DNA of 64,000 nucleotides from Euprymna scolopes (lineage: Eukaryota). A program made the translations under genes and the position numbers. Below the pieces are notes generated by a model that ran no database searches, was not told the origin of the DNA, and saw only the letters and a program-made list of their open reading frames with translations. The stretch lies in assembly GCA_053919585.1 (NCBI GenBank), contig CM132819.1. The stretch is one strand, 5' to 3'. Positions 39,261-51,838 of this stretch are shown here, piece after piece (position 1 is the stretch's first letter; each line of letters opens with the position of its first letter).

Positions 39261-41625
39261 CGTCTATCTATAAGAATTTGACAGATGGGGTTTTATTTAA
39301 TTCGAAAGCCACTGCGTAAAGACAAATGAAAGGAAATTTCAGTTGACCAATTCTCCGTTTTAATTCAAATTTTGAAAAAAACCTTCATAAAATATGACTA
39401 AACTATTTTAAATTCAAAAAGTAAAAATATTACATGCATAAAAAAAATGTATTTTAACACGTTCATTTATGAAAAATCAAATCAAATTTTTAATCAACTT
39501 TTTAATCTCCTACATGATCTTCATTCTTTTAAATATTTTTGTTGAAGCCTCGCTAGTTTAATATTAGTCACATTTCACACTTGCCATCGATTTGAAAAAG
39601 AGAAAATTCATTGAAAAATAATTTAAATTTAAACAAATATAAACAGAAAGAAGCAGAAATTTACACGAAGGAATGGTTCCAAAAAGATAATTCACTCTGT
39701 AAATCTGGTTTTATCCTTGAAAGAAAAAAAATGAAAGCGAATCTCAAACCGCCTTCCCCCTCTCTCCTATAAACTCTTGAACATCAAAGAGGCCGTCAGT
39801 GTATCTGCCAGATGTAGGCAGAGATGATGCAGTTCTTTGGATAGAAGGAAGAAATTTGAAAGCAAGGGGATGAAGAGAAAGATGGTGCCCTCAATAGTTT
39901 CAATGCGAGAGCTACTGCAGAAGAATATCAGCTGCGACGATGCTCGAGTGATGCAGGAGAGGTAAGGCGACGTAAAGGGGTAAGAGGGGGTCGGTGCACT
40001 GTACTTCCCCAAAAAACACCTGCTATCAGAGAATAGATGCTAGGTTGGTGAAGACTGAAGAATACAGGAGGCAAAGGAGAAAGAGAAAGAAATTGCTGAA
40101 GCTTTCTTGCACTGATATTGTCACACCAATGTGCGTTGCCATAATTGCGTTATATTGAACCACGAATTTGATTGAAGAGCCTTCAAGTGAATTCAATATA
40201 TATTTGGATTTTGCTTATTTTCGTTTTTTTTTTTTTTTTTGCGGGTATCTATTTTTTATTTATTCTCAGCTAGCAAGAGAAAATTCTTTTGATTTTGTTC
40301 ATAAGATTTATATTAGTTCTGTGAATATATCACTATCTCTTTCCTCAAATATGGGGAAGGTAATCCTTAGGAAGATTGCATCATGACCTCAGACAGATAC
40401 ATTATCCCTCACTCCACTAAGAAAAATGTAAATCCTATGAGGATAGTATCATGATTGGACAGATATTACAATAACCTCACATCACCACTCCAAAAAGGAG
40501 AAGGTAACTTATAACCAAACAGATACTACACTACCTTTACACCCCAAGACAATGCCTAAGATGATGTCGTGACTGCAGAATAGATACTGCAGTATCCTCT
40601 TGAATTGAACATTTGAAAATCATACAATAATTATAGTATGCTTTAGGTTTTAGACAAATACAAAAGTTCCATTAGTAATAAATATTACACTTTTCCAAAC
40701 CAAAGGAGAACATAATGCCTAGGAATGTACATAAATGAGCATATACTACATACACACTCTTACAGGAAGAGGTAATACCTGAGGGACGGTATCATGACGC
40801 GAAGCAGATACTATAGCACGTCACCCTCTCCAAAATGAGCGTTTACAGTTATTACATAAGTCTGATAAACTGCACTAAACCTTAAAATATAGTACAATAG
40901 TATAATTAATCGAAGTAATAGCAAAGTTTTGGATTCAGACGAATACAAAATTTGTTATCAATCGGTTTACACACCAGTTATTAATAGTTATTGCTCACTG
41001 GCAATAACAAGTTCTCTGGATTTTCAGTGAGAACAAAATTCTCCAGATTTCACATACTCTCTACAGCTTTCGATACCGTTGAAAATCTTTTATTGTTTTT
41101 GCAACATCCGTTTACCATTTTACCCCGATAACAACCATTGATGTTTTCTGTAACTTGAGTGTCAATAACTTTCATCAAGACTCCAGTGCTGTTCACATTA
41201 TTAGGGAAGCATGGATAGTGTTCTCCCTTCTTGGTCATTGCACTGTTCTTGACCCTTCACAATCATTTTAAATGGTCATCACACTCGAGGTTGAGCTTTC
41301 ATGTAGGATAATTAACTTAGCACAAAGCATTACTATTCATGATTAGCACAGTTCTATGGATAAGTGTTCATGCAATATAGAGATAATTTCTCTTATTGTC
41401 GGTGGGCACATAAAACTGCAGGAATAAATTGTCCAACTGCTGATAAGAATTTCAAGTAATCTGGCGATCGAGTTTCAAATCTTTGTCCAATGATGTCTAG
41501 CCACATTGCAGAGCAATGATATAACGAAACAGCCATCTGTGCATATATAGCGTAATGGTTAGGAGCATTGACTGTCATACAGACGGTCGGGTTTCAATCC
41601 TAGCTTGAGGTAGTTGCCTGTCTAG

Positions 41626-41669
41626 CCGCACTGATGAGCTGTGAAACAGCGAAACAGTACTGTATGTGG
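41626..41669 (+). ncRNA. Type I hammerhead ribozyme (family A, copy 1), intact core
   Basis: Stem I CCGCA/TGTGG; core CTGATGA (41631); stem II GCTGT-GAA-ACAGC; GAAA; palindromic stem III CAGTACTG; GTA triplet with predicted cut after 41664. Confidence 0.88.
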
Positions 41670-41886
41670 ATGATTATAATGCTCCTCATCTTGAGTTGAG
41701 CATATTGAGAAATGATACACGAATTACCATTAGCATATAAGCGACGCTGAGGTATTTTGGACGATGTAAAAACATTGTTAAACTCACTACTCGCTCAGCA
41801 GCCGCCAATAGCATAATGGTTAGGAGCCTTGACTGTCGTACAGACGGTCGGGTTTCAATCCTGGCTTTAGGTAGTTGCCTGTTTAG

Positions 41887-41930
41887 CCGCACTGATGAGC
41901 TGTGAAACAGCGAAACAGTACTGTATGTGG
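41887..41930 (+). ncRNA. Type I hammerhead ribozyme (family A, copy 2), intact core
   Basis: Same sequence as 41626-41669, 261 bp downstream; predicted cut after 41925; followed by (TA)n. Confidence 0.88.
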
Positions 41931-41932
41931 GG

Positions 41933-41977
<45 letters not shown>

Positions 41978-42417
41978 TTCGCACTCATAAGTTAATCTCA
42001 AGTAAGGAGATAATGATTGCCACTTAGCGTAAAACATTACTCTTCAAAATAGAATCAAGTTTGTTTGTTGTCCGTACTCTAAACAAGTAGAAAATAATTT
42101 CTTTGTCACATGGCCGGTTAAACGATTTCAGCTTGAAACATATACTGTGTCTCACCACACTAAAGAACCGTCATACAACTATGAATAACTATATATCACG
42201 TGTGCGTACGTCCATACGAATGTATACTTACAAGATACACAAAATCTTAAATCATACACAGACAAATATCCCTATGTACACACAACTAGAAATAAGGATC
42301 ACGTCACGGTGAACAATTTTTACTTCATTTAAATAGTCAACAAAAAAGAATGCTTTCTTAAAATTAGTTCACAAGGAGAGTATATAATATATATAAATAT
42401 ATATACACATATATATT

Positions 42418-42450
<33 letters not shown>

Positions 42451-44019
42451 GGAAATGGTCCAGCCAAGTGTAATTCTAATGGCTTCCTCAATGAAAAATA
42501 TATTCATCTAGATTTATTGAAGCAGAGTAAGTAATTTGCTGGTTGACTAAGCCCATACCAAACCCTATCTAAAAAGGGAATAAAAGAAAGAGGAACATGA
42601 CCAAAGTCATTCGCTATGGTTGGATAGAGCTGGAATTCACATAATATCATGGATATATATATATATATATATGGTTATTCAACTAAGCATAAAGCAGTTG
42701 GTTGGGTGCAGAGGAAAGCTTATTGACCTCTCTACACTGGAATGGCTCCTGGACCTGGTCCTTCTTATCTTTGTGTGCGCAGACTTGCTGCTTCTCAGCA
42801 CCCAGTAGTGTGCCCCACCCATTCCCATTTTAACCAGACGCAGCCCCCCCTCCACTCCCGATAAAGGTCCTGATTTATTATTGGTGAACCTAATGTGGCA
42901 GCATGTTTGGGGGGGGGTAAAGTTTAGAAGAAAAGACCCAAAATGATTAAAACATGAGAAAGAAGGAAAGAAAGGAAAAGAGAAGTGCATGGGATGGGGA
43001 GGGTGATTTAAGAGACAATAGAGAAAGGGAGTAATAAAGGGGGAGGGGGTTGGTGAAATGTGTAGGGTGAAATGAGGATGATATTCTGGAAATGCCAGCA
43101 AGTTCAACAGGTCAACCGAGAATGGGTAGGAGGGATAAGGAATCTAATTTGTTTACTTCTAACACAAGATCAACTCCTTAGATAATTTGAAAGGGTGGAT
43201 GGAAAAGGGAGGATGAAGGATGGCAACACCATGAAATAGGAAAACATGTAGAGGGGAGGGGGAATAATTGGTTACCCTCGGCTAGCCAAGACCCATCAGT
43301 CTGTGTCAACGATTGCTTAGAAAAATGTTTTTATTGAATAATTTGTTTCAGGAGTTTTTTTTTTTCTTTTAAGCATGAATTTTTAAGTAATACATAGTGT
43401 CCCATAATAAACTGTCCATTTTCAAATTTGAATTACTATAAAAATAGATAGAATATTTTGGGACACACAATACTTATCTCACATAGGAAAACCACAACCG
43501 TGACTTTCTTTTTATAATTGATCTCATATTTGAAATATTTGTTTCAAGTCAAAAATTTAAACTTTACGATTTTTTATAAGTATTTTACCAAAGAAAACTT
43601 CCAACCAACCTGCACCGGCTGGAGAAATACTGTCAGTATTATTTACGAAAATTTGCATTTTTCTAAGATTTGGTTATTGCTTCCAGGTTCCTTTCAGAAT
43701 TACAACAAGCCTAAAGTAGCAGAAACATCTGGTTGTCGAGATCTTACGGTGATGTCATTACCCCCCCCCCGGAAAAAGGGCATAAGGGAAGAATATGATC
43801 TCTGGTTTTTAACAGTGTTCGAGTTAATCCTTGCACAACCTCGAACAGGAACCTAAAGCACACGCATTCGTCAAATTTCTTCCTATGCTTTCGTGAAATA
43901 AAAAAAAATAAAACTGGAAATAAATCTTCCAAGACGAGATGTCAAAACGAAATATATATAGACAGATTTGTACGAAATTAAAAAAAATATAAATACACAT
44001 CATTATCAAATTCTGTGTA

Positions 44020-44340
44020 ACTTCAATTTTACATGCAGCATGTGTCAGATAAGTTTTAGAAATTGACTTCCAAGCTAAGAGATCTGACCATATCTTTATC
44101 TTTTTCCCACATTTACCCTTTTCACTTCTCTTGAAGATTGGTGTGCACATTCGTCGTATTATTTTTCTATTTCTCTCCATGCAACGCACGTACTTAACCC
44201 TCACTGACCAGGTTTCACTATCATGCATCATCACACTGAATACACATGACTAATAGACGCTTCCCTTGGTCCACAATGGTAACACTGCATTTGAACTTCA
44301 TCAAACAAGAGGAAACATCTAGGTTTCACTTCCATACAAC
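44020..44340 (-). mobile_element. Decayed RTE-clade LINE fragment
   Basis: MMHDSETWSVRVKYVRCMER..IIRRMC in ORF 43824..44234; same family as 5880-6400. Confidence 0.65.
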
Positions 44341-44941
44341 ATAACTAGGGCTAGGACAACAGCGTATTCTTTTCAGTAGTTTAACTCAAGTGTATATCCG
44401 TTGATATCTTATATGCTTTTATATAGAGTGACGTGGTTCTCGGTTGATTAACCGTGTCTAACTGTGTCGGATATATACTCGAGAGTCAAAACAATGAAAA
44501 GAATATTCTGTTGTCATACCCTAATCCTAACACATAGCTAATAGAACAAACTAACACCATGGATTAAAGTAAGTGTTCTGCTTGAAATGCCATACAGACT
44601 CCAGAGTTTGACAAAGATTCGAGTTAGACAACGTGCAATTGAGGGTTGGAGGTTGCATAGCCGAAATGTGAAATTACCATCCAAGATGGGAACAATAGTC
44701 CAAATAATCCAGATGCGAATTGATTAAGAATTTCTATGGGACAATGAAAGCTGAAATCTATTAAATAGATAATGTTTCAAAATTGATTAAAGCTTGAAAA
44801 GTCTCAAACAAAGAGGTAGAGTTTCTGTTAGAGGTGATTGCTTCAGGTGCAAGTGACGTATATATCCCGGGTATACAAGGCAGAGAAGAGGGAATTTTTA
44901 CTACCAGAGAAAATGCAATACAATAAAATGAATGAAAAATT

Positions 44942-45004
44942 ACGATACCATAATTTAAAGGTGACAAAAAATAACGATACCATAATTTAAAGGTGACAAA
45001 AAAT
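44942..45004 (+). repeat. 32-bp tandem duplication
   Basis: ACGATACCATAATTTAAAGGTGACAAAAAAT starts at 44942 and again at 44974. Confidence 0.9.
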
Positions 45005-45488
45005 TAGTTGTAACGATGCCAACGAAAAGTAAAATGAGAAAAAGGAATGAAAGTCAATAGTCAACGGATGTAGCTTTGAAAGCAATAACAAAAGTAATGG
45101 GATTTACAGATTTGATATTAATTTTTTTCTTACTTTTAGATATAAAGTAAATGTTCTCTTTAAGGATTCTGTTGTATTTTCGAAAAGGTTTTTCTATAAC
45201 TAACAAATTAATCCTGTGGGATTTTCAGAGTCAGTCCCAAATAGCATTTAAACTGGAAAACTCACCAATTTTTATTCGCTATTGTTGTAACATGTTATTG
45301 GCAAGATAACATTTTTTCTGAAAGTTATTTGTTAATATGAATTTTTTTAAAACAATTGTCTAAAAATCAGCAGGGTGGATAACTCCTCAGACTTAGTATA
45401 ACATGATTTTTCTACAATAAGTTTAAAAATGTAAAGACTAATTAAAAGTAAAATAATTTTACATCACCCTGGATACGTACAACTAGTG

Positions 45489-45535
<47 letters not shown>

Positions 45536-45834
45536 CAGCTGTGAGTATTGACTATGTTGATCGGCTCAAATTTGAGTATGAATTTTACCAGCAATTACTG
45601 AATTACAATATTCGACGAGCGCAAAACCATGTAAAAACCTGGTTTTTGCATTTTAAAAACATTTCATACATTTAAATACTATACATCATTATTCTGCATA
45701 CTAATTGGAGACAAAAGATAAAGCCAGAGGGGGGAAAGAGAAAATGGGTAAAAAGAGAGAAAGAAGCCATGAAAAAGAAGGCACAGAGAACGAGAGAGGA
45801 ATAGAGAAAGTAAGAGTTAAAAATAATACATACA

Positions 45835-46490
45835 ATCAGTAATTCTGCCATCTTGTAGGGCTTTCCTTATCACTTAATAATTTCCTTTATTTTTTTATCT
45901 TGTCTAATACTACAACTCGATTATTTTAAAACATAAGCCGTTCTATTCGGATTCCGTCTGTTATAAACTTTGCACTCTCTCTGAAGCAATCGATTATTTT
46001 TCACAAAATTAAAATAACTTATTTTGCAGACATTTTAGAATATTTTAAAAAATATTTCACAATTTTAATTAAATTAAAAAAGTATTTTAAAATAAAACTT
46101 TAAAAGAATATCTTCCATATTGACACTAGAATAAACTGCAAGCAGGAGTTAATTATATATTTATTGGCTGCTTCACCCTAACCCTTTAGACAGAAGTTAA
46201 AATCTGGACTTGGTCTGAGAAAAAAGAAATTGTGCGACTAGCAGAAAAGAATCAAGGATATATCAGTAATTCCGAATAGAACGGCTTATGGTTTAAAATA
46301 ATCGAGTTGTAGTATTAGACAAGATAAAAAAATAAAGGAAATTATTAAGTGATAAGGAAAGCCCTACAAGATGGCGGAATTACTGATATATCCTTGATTC
46401 TTTTCTGCTAGTCGCACAATTTCTTTTTTCTCAGACCAAATCCAGATTTTAACTTCTGTCTAAAGGGTTAGGGTGAAGCAGCCAATAAAT
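45835..46490. repeat. Interleaved inverted repeats A-B-A'-B'
   Basis: A 45835-45951 is the reverse complement of 46271-46387 (117 bp, 2 mismatches); B 46159-46274 is the reverse complement of 46375-46490 (116 bp, 1 mismatch). Confidence 0.92.
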
Positions 46491-47283
46491 TAACCTCGTT
46501 GAAGGAAGAGACTTAAGATCTATTTATGGTAAGTAACGGGATATATGTAGGAAACTGTCAGGAATATTATTCAATGCCTCATAAATCGGAACTTATTTAA
46601 ATCCTCAATTATTTAAACAAAAAAAAGTATAACATTTATATATTAATAATGTCACAAAAAATTTGATAAAATCACTATGACATCATAGGTTTCAAACATG
46701 GTTTTGTTTATGATATTAACTAGCCGTCTTTGCTATCTTCACACATATCTGATCAAATTCTAAAATATTAGAAACTTTGGTAAGGAGTATGAATATAAAT
46801 GTGTTCAATAGTTTAAGTAGAGCGGTACTGGTAATATTTTTATGATTTATATTGACATTTTAAGATTTTGATTGAAGAGTTTCTTCTGGAAATAGCATAT
46901 GATAAAAGATTAGGCTGTCTGAGGATGTTAACTTCCTGGCCTAAAATGCACCAAACATTTCTGATTTTATTTGCCTTTGCAATACTTAATCACGTCCTGG
47001 AAAGTAAAAACAAAAGCACCATTTCTTTTTTACGAAACAACCAAACAGCATGAGTCAATATTAGAAGATATAAAAATTGAAGCATGAATTTTTTTTTTTT
47101 AATTGCTGAGTTCGACATTAACCTTAAAATAGTTGATATACCGTTAAACAAGCAATTTTCTTGAGGAGATAGATAGACAGAGAAGGGTATATCAGAAAAA
47201 GAAAATGAAATGGGAGGTAATCAGAGCAATAAAAGGAAGGGGAAGGAATTACCAGCAATATAAAAAGAACGTTGCGACTAAAA

Positions 47284-47322
<39 letters not shown>

Positions 47323-48214
47323 AAGAAAAGTCTAATAAGATACGAGGAAGGAATCGAAATTGGTGAACAAGAAATTATTTTTATTCCGATTCTCCAGCGT
47401 TCGCACTCCAACCTTGTTTGGTGATATGAATACAAAATTCAATTTGTTGTTTAATTTTCTGAGACTTCCCCAACACACAAGACATGCATTTAACTCTAAT
47501 TAAGGTCACAATCAATACGCTAACCTAATTTGCTCAGAACACAGGCACAACTACCAATCGAACTCAGTGTTCACAAAAGATGCGAAAGAAAAATTAAACA
47601 AAATAAAAACAGCTGATTCATTTTTTGCATTGAGGCCTAATTTTGTCACTTTCAAGCAAAGTATAAACTTTACAAAAAATAGGTTAATCGAAATCATATT
47701 GCTGCACTTGGGGACAAAAGAAAAAAAATCGACAGAAACTTCATAAAAAAAGTTACTTGGATTTTTTTTTAAATCGTAACAAGGAACTATTTTTAAGTAA
47801 ACAGCATCTGTTCTTGCCTAATTGTTACACATATGAAACATTATAAATCAGCTGGTTTATTCAACATTTCTTGGGTATAAAGTATGTTTAACATCTTCTA
47901 TATAAGTAAAATCAGTCGAATGATATGTGGTATGGATAGTTACAATAATAAAAGCCACAATTATTTTAGTTAGTGATTTCTACATATATTAGCAAACTTT
48001 ATTGAACGAAATTGCGTTGATTGTAATATTTATTTCTGATCAATGCACACATACACATATAATTGGGAATGCATAGAGGAAGTAAAAAGCCTTCCGAGGA
48101 AAGCTGGGTATGTATAGCTAGTATTTAATTAGATTTTTTTAATGAAGGAAGGCCATATTTCTGTGTGTGTATGTTTCCCACACGGAGACACATATATAAA
48201 TGAGAGAGTAACAG

Positions 48215-48264
<50 letters not shown>

Positions 48265-48331
48265 AATAATTATATATATTATATATGTGCATAGAGATAA
48301 ATTGTATATGAGAAACCCAAGAGAGACAAAG

Positions 48332-48332
<1 letters not shown>

Positions 48333-48402
<70 letters not shown>
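48333..48402. repeat. (TA)n microsatellite, representative of more than 20 in the window; (TG)n at 60070-60115
   Basis: Other TA tracts near 4932, 7095, 7385, 11252, 15964, 17367, 18903, 20323, 21329, 37517, 41936, 45490, 60721, 63549 and 63902. Confidence 0.95.
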
Positions 48403-48405
<3 letters not shown>

Positions 48406-49668
48406 AGAGAGAGAGGGGGAGAGAATATAGCATTTTTTAAAAATACTATTTTCTTATTCTCCACTACAGGCAACGGTGGGTAGCCGTTTTAGTCACAACA
48501 AGAGCCAATCAGCCGGCTCTATTTATGCTGGTATTATTAGCCATCAGCGTAAAATTACAAGTGGCTGTAAATATGTGCCTTTTAATTAATATGGAAATTT
48601 CACGAGAATAATTACAACAATTTTTACAACTACCAATGCCCCAGATATTAGAGGTGATTAGGGTGAAGCCATTCCGGTCACTTTTGTAATAGATGGTTGG
48701 TTAGTGTGTCACGTTCGTAAATCAACGACGTTTTCAGCCTTACCTCTTGACCCTTTCGCTATTTAGAAACAGATGAGCCGATGACATGGATGAGAACATC
48801 TCTTCAAAATGGCCATTCTTTTATGGAAATTTGGTTCTTTTTTATTTTTAGACTTAACTTTTGTTTCTTTTTTGTGAAAAAAAAAACAGATAAAAAATAA
48901 TAAAATGGGAATCGGAAAAAAATCTTAACAGAAATGAAAAAGAAATGTCGGGTAGAGGATTGTATAGTGCAGTGTTTGGCTGGGGTAGATGTGGAAATTC
49001 ATGAATTTTTAATTTGGTTTTAACGAGATTTGAAAAATCACTCAGCATGACATAACGTGTGATCTGTTTCGAATAGAACAACAAAAACTAATTTAAGAAA
49101 AAATAAAACAGTGACATCAAAAGACTAAATGTAATGAAGGTGGCAAATATGAAGAAAGATAAATTGAAAGGTTACTTATAAGGTGGGAATAGAGAAAATA
49201 CAAATTGTTAGAGATGACTATCCGCAGAGCGAAAAAGAATTAAGATGAAGACAAAAAAAAACGTACAGTAAAAAGAGGTTTTGTTTTACGGTATATAAAT
49301 TAGTTTCGGATTTATTTAATGTCGTCTCCAGTCATTCTGTAAACTTTTAATGCTTCAAGTTGTTTATATCTTCAAATTTCATTCATGGTATTTGGTTTGG
49401 TTGTTTTGTAGAGAAAAATTTTCTAATTCGCTTTGCAAAAATTTTTTTAAATAAAAAAAAAGAAGAGTTTTGCAAAAGAAAACAAAAAAAAAAATATCAA
49501 TGTTCGGTGCATTTTAGATAAGAGACACAGTAACTTAAATCTGGTAGCACCAGAAAAGCGTGAGAGGAAACCTCCGTAACAAAAAAAAAGAAACTAGACT
49601 TCGGTAGGTAGAAAGAAAGAGGTAGGAAGAGACAGGAGACATCCGGTACAGAGAGAGAGAGAGACAAA

Positions 49669-50096
49669 GGTGGGGAGGACTCTGGTAGGAAGAGACGTGG
49701 GGAAGACTCTGGTAGAAAGAGACGTGGGGAAGACTCTGGTAGAAAGAGACGTGGGGAAGACTCTGGTAGAAAGAGACGTGGGGAAGACTCTGGTAGAAAG
49801 AGACGTGGGGAAGACTCTGGTAGAAAGAGACGTGGGGAAGACTCTGGTAGAAAGAGACGTGGGGAAGACTCTGGTAGAAAGAGACGTGGGGAAGACTCTG
49901 GTAGAAAGAGACGTGGGGAAGACTCTGGTAGAAAGAGACGTGGGGAAGACTCTGGTAGAAAGAGACGTGGGGAAGACTCTGGTAGAAAGAGACGTGGGGA
50001 AGACTCTGGTAGAAAGAGACGTGGGGAAGACTCTGGTAGAAAGAGACGTGGGGAAGACTCTGGTAGAAAGAGACGTGGGGAAGACTCCGGTAGAAA
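49669..50096 (+). repeat. 27-bp minisatellite (GGGGAAGACTCTGGTAGAAAGAGACGT), about 16 copies
   Basis: Direct tandem array; 9-aa periodic ORFs. Confidence 0.97.
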
Positions 50097-50204
50097 AGAG
50101 AAAACCTTCGGTAGAGAAAGAGAGGAGGAGGAGGAGGAGGAGGTCTCCATTCGAAAGAGAAAGAGGAGGAGGAGGTCTCCATTCGAAAGAGAAAGAGGAG
50201 GAGG

Positions 50205-50875
50205 AGGTCTCCGGTAGAACGAGAAAGAGAGAAGGAGGAGATCTCCGGTAGAACGAGAAAGAGAGAAGGAGGAGATCTCCGGTAGAACGAGAAAGAGAGA
50301 AGGAGGAGATCTCCGGTAGAACGAGAAAGAGAGAAGGAGGAGATCTCCGGTAGAACGAGAAAGAGAGAAGGAGGAGATCTCCGGTAGAACGAGAAAGAGA
50401 GAAGGAGGAGATCTCCGGTAGAACGAGAAAGAGAGAAGGAGGAGATCTCCGGTAGAACGAGAAAGAGAGAAGGAGGAGATCTCCGGTAGAACGAGAAAGA
50501 GAGAAGGAGGAGATCTCCGGTAGAACGAGAAAGAGAGAAGGAGGAGATCTCCGGTAGAACGAGAAAGAGAGAAGGAGGAGATCTCCGGTAGAACGAGAAA
50601 GAGAGAAGGAGGAGATCTCCGGTAGAACGAGAAAGAGAGAAGGAGGAGATCTCCGGTAGAACGAGAAAGAGAGAAGGAGGAGATCTCCGGTAGAACGAGA
50701 AAGAGAGAAGGAGGAGATCTCCGGTAGAACGAGAAAGAGAGAAGGAGGAGATCTCCGGTAGAACGAGAAAGAGAGAAGGAGGAGATCTCCGGTAGAACGA
50801 GAAAGAGAGAAGGAGATCTCCGGTAGAGCGAGAAAGAGAGAAGGAGGAGATCTCCGGTAGAACGAGAAAGAGAGG
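50205..50875 (+). repeat. 34-bp minisatellite (CCGGTAGAACGAGAAAGAGAGAAGGAGGAGATCT), about 20 copies
   Basis: Direct tandem array. Confidence 0.97.
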
Positions 50876-51411
50876 GAGAGCGCAAAAAAGAATGCAAACA
50901 ATAGGAGAAACAAAAACTATAAAACAATCTTTTTTGCCGTTTTCTTATTTGTTCAGTAATTATTCTTGCGAGATTTTGAATGTGATTTGATTCCGTTCCG
51001 ATGAAAATGTTGCCTTGCTCACCTGAGAAGTGCCAGAGGATGTGTCGAGCATTTCAGGTGTTAACTACGCGTCGGTCATAAACAGAAGAGCGATAGGAAT
51101 GCTTTAGAAATATTTGAGATGGTAAATGACAAAGGGAAAATAATCACTTACGGCCGGGGGCTTGAGTGAACAAGGAATCTTTGATCGGCTATTCACATCG
51201 GCCTCTCCAGGAAGCAAGGCTTCTCTCTGATCAAGTGTCTTATACAACAATCGGTGAAACAATAAACAGAAACGTCTTGAGATGGAGGAGGTGGTAGGTA
51301 GATAGCAGAGAAAGAAAAGAAAAGTGAATCTCAGAGAGGGAAAGGTACAAATGAGAGAGATAAAAGAGTAGCAAAGAGAAAGGAAGATGAAGATATTTAA
51401 AGAGAGTAGTT

Positions 51412-51838
51412 GGCGAGATCGAGGGGAGGAAGCGAGATCGAGGGGAGGAAGCGAGATCGAGAAGACGAAGCGAGATCGAGAAGACGAAGCGAGATCGAGA
51501 AGACGAAGCGAGATCGAGAAGAGGAAGCGAGATCGAGAAGACGAAGCGAGATCGAGAAGACGAAGCGAGATCGAGAAGACGAAGCGAGATCGAGAAGACG
51601 AAGCGAGATCGAGAAGACGAAGCGAGATCGAGAAGACGAAGCGAGATCGAGAAGACGAAGCGAGATCGAGAAGACGAAGCGAGATCGAGAAGACGAAGCG
51701 AGATCGAGAAGACGAAGCGAGATCGAGAAGACGAAGCGAGATCGAGAAGACGAAGCGAGATCGAGAAGACGAAGCGAGATCGAGAAGACAAAGCGAGATC
51801 GAGAAGACAAAGCGAGATCGAGAAGACAAAGCGAGATA
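51412..51838 (+). repeat. 19-bp minisatellite (GCGAGATCGAGAAGACGAA), about 22 copies
   Basis: Direct tandem array. Confidence 0.97.

Larger units (their letters stand above)
41547..41930 (+). mobile_element. Tandem tRNA-headed hammerhead element (SINE/retrozyme-like), two ~123-bp direct repeats at a 261-bp period
   Basis: Repeats at 41547-41669 and 41808-41930. Each has an A box (TAGCRTAATGG), a CTGTC anticodon-like loop, a B box (GGTTTCAATCC) and then the hammerhead. Confidence 0.75.

Noticed and set aside
41801-41875. Functional tRNA-Asp gene
   Set aside because: A/B boxes are present but the acceptor and anticodon stems pair poorly; better explained as a SINE-like head.
49669-50875. CRISPR-like regular repeats
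   Set aside because: Units are contiguous with no unique spacers, there are no cas genes, and the context is a eukaryotic intron.
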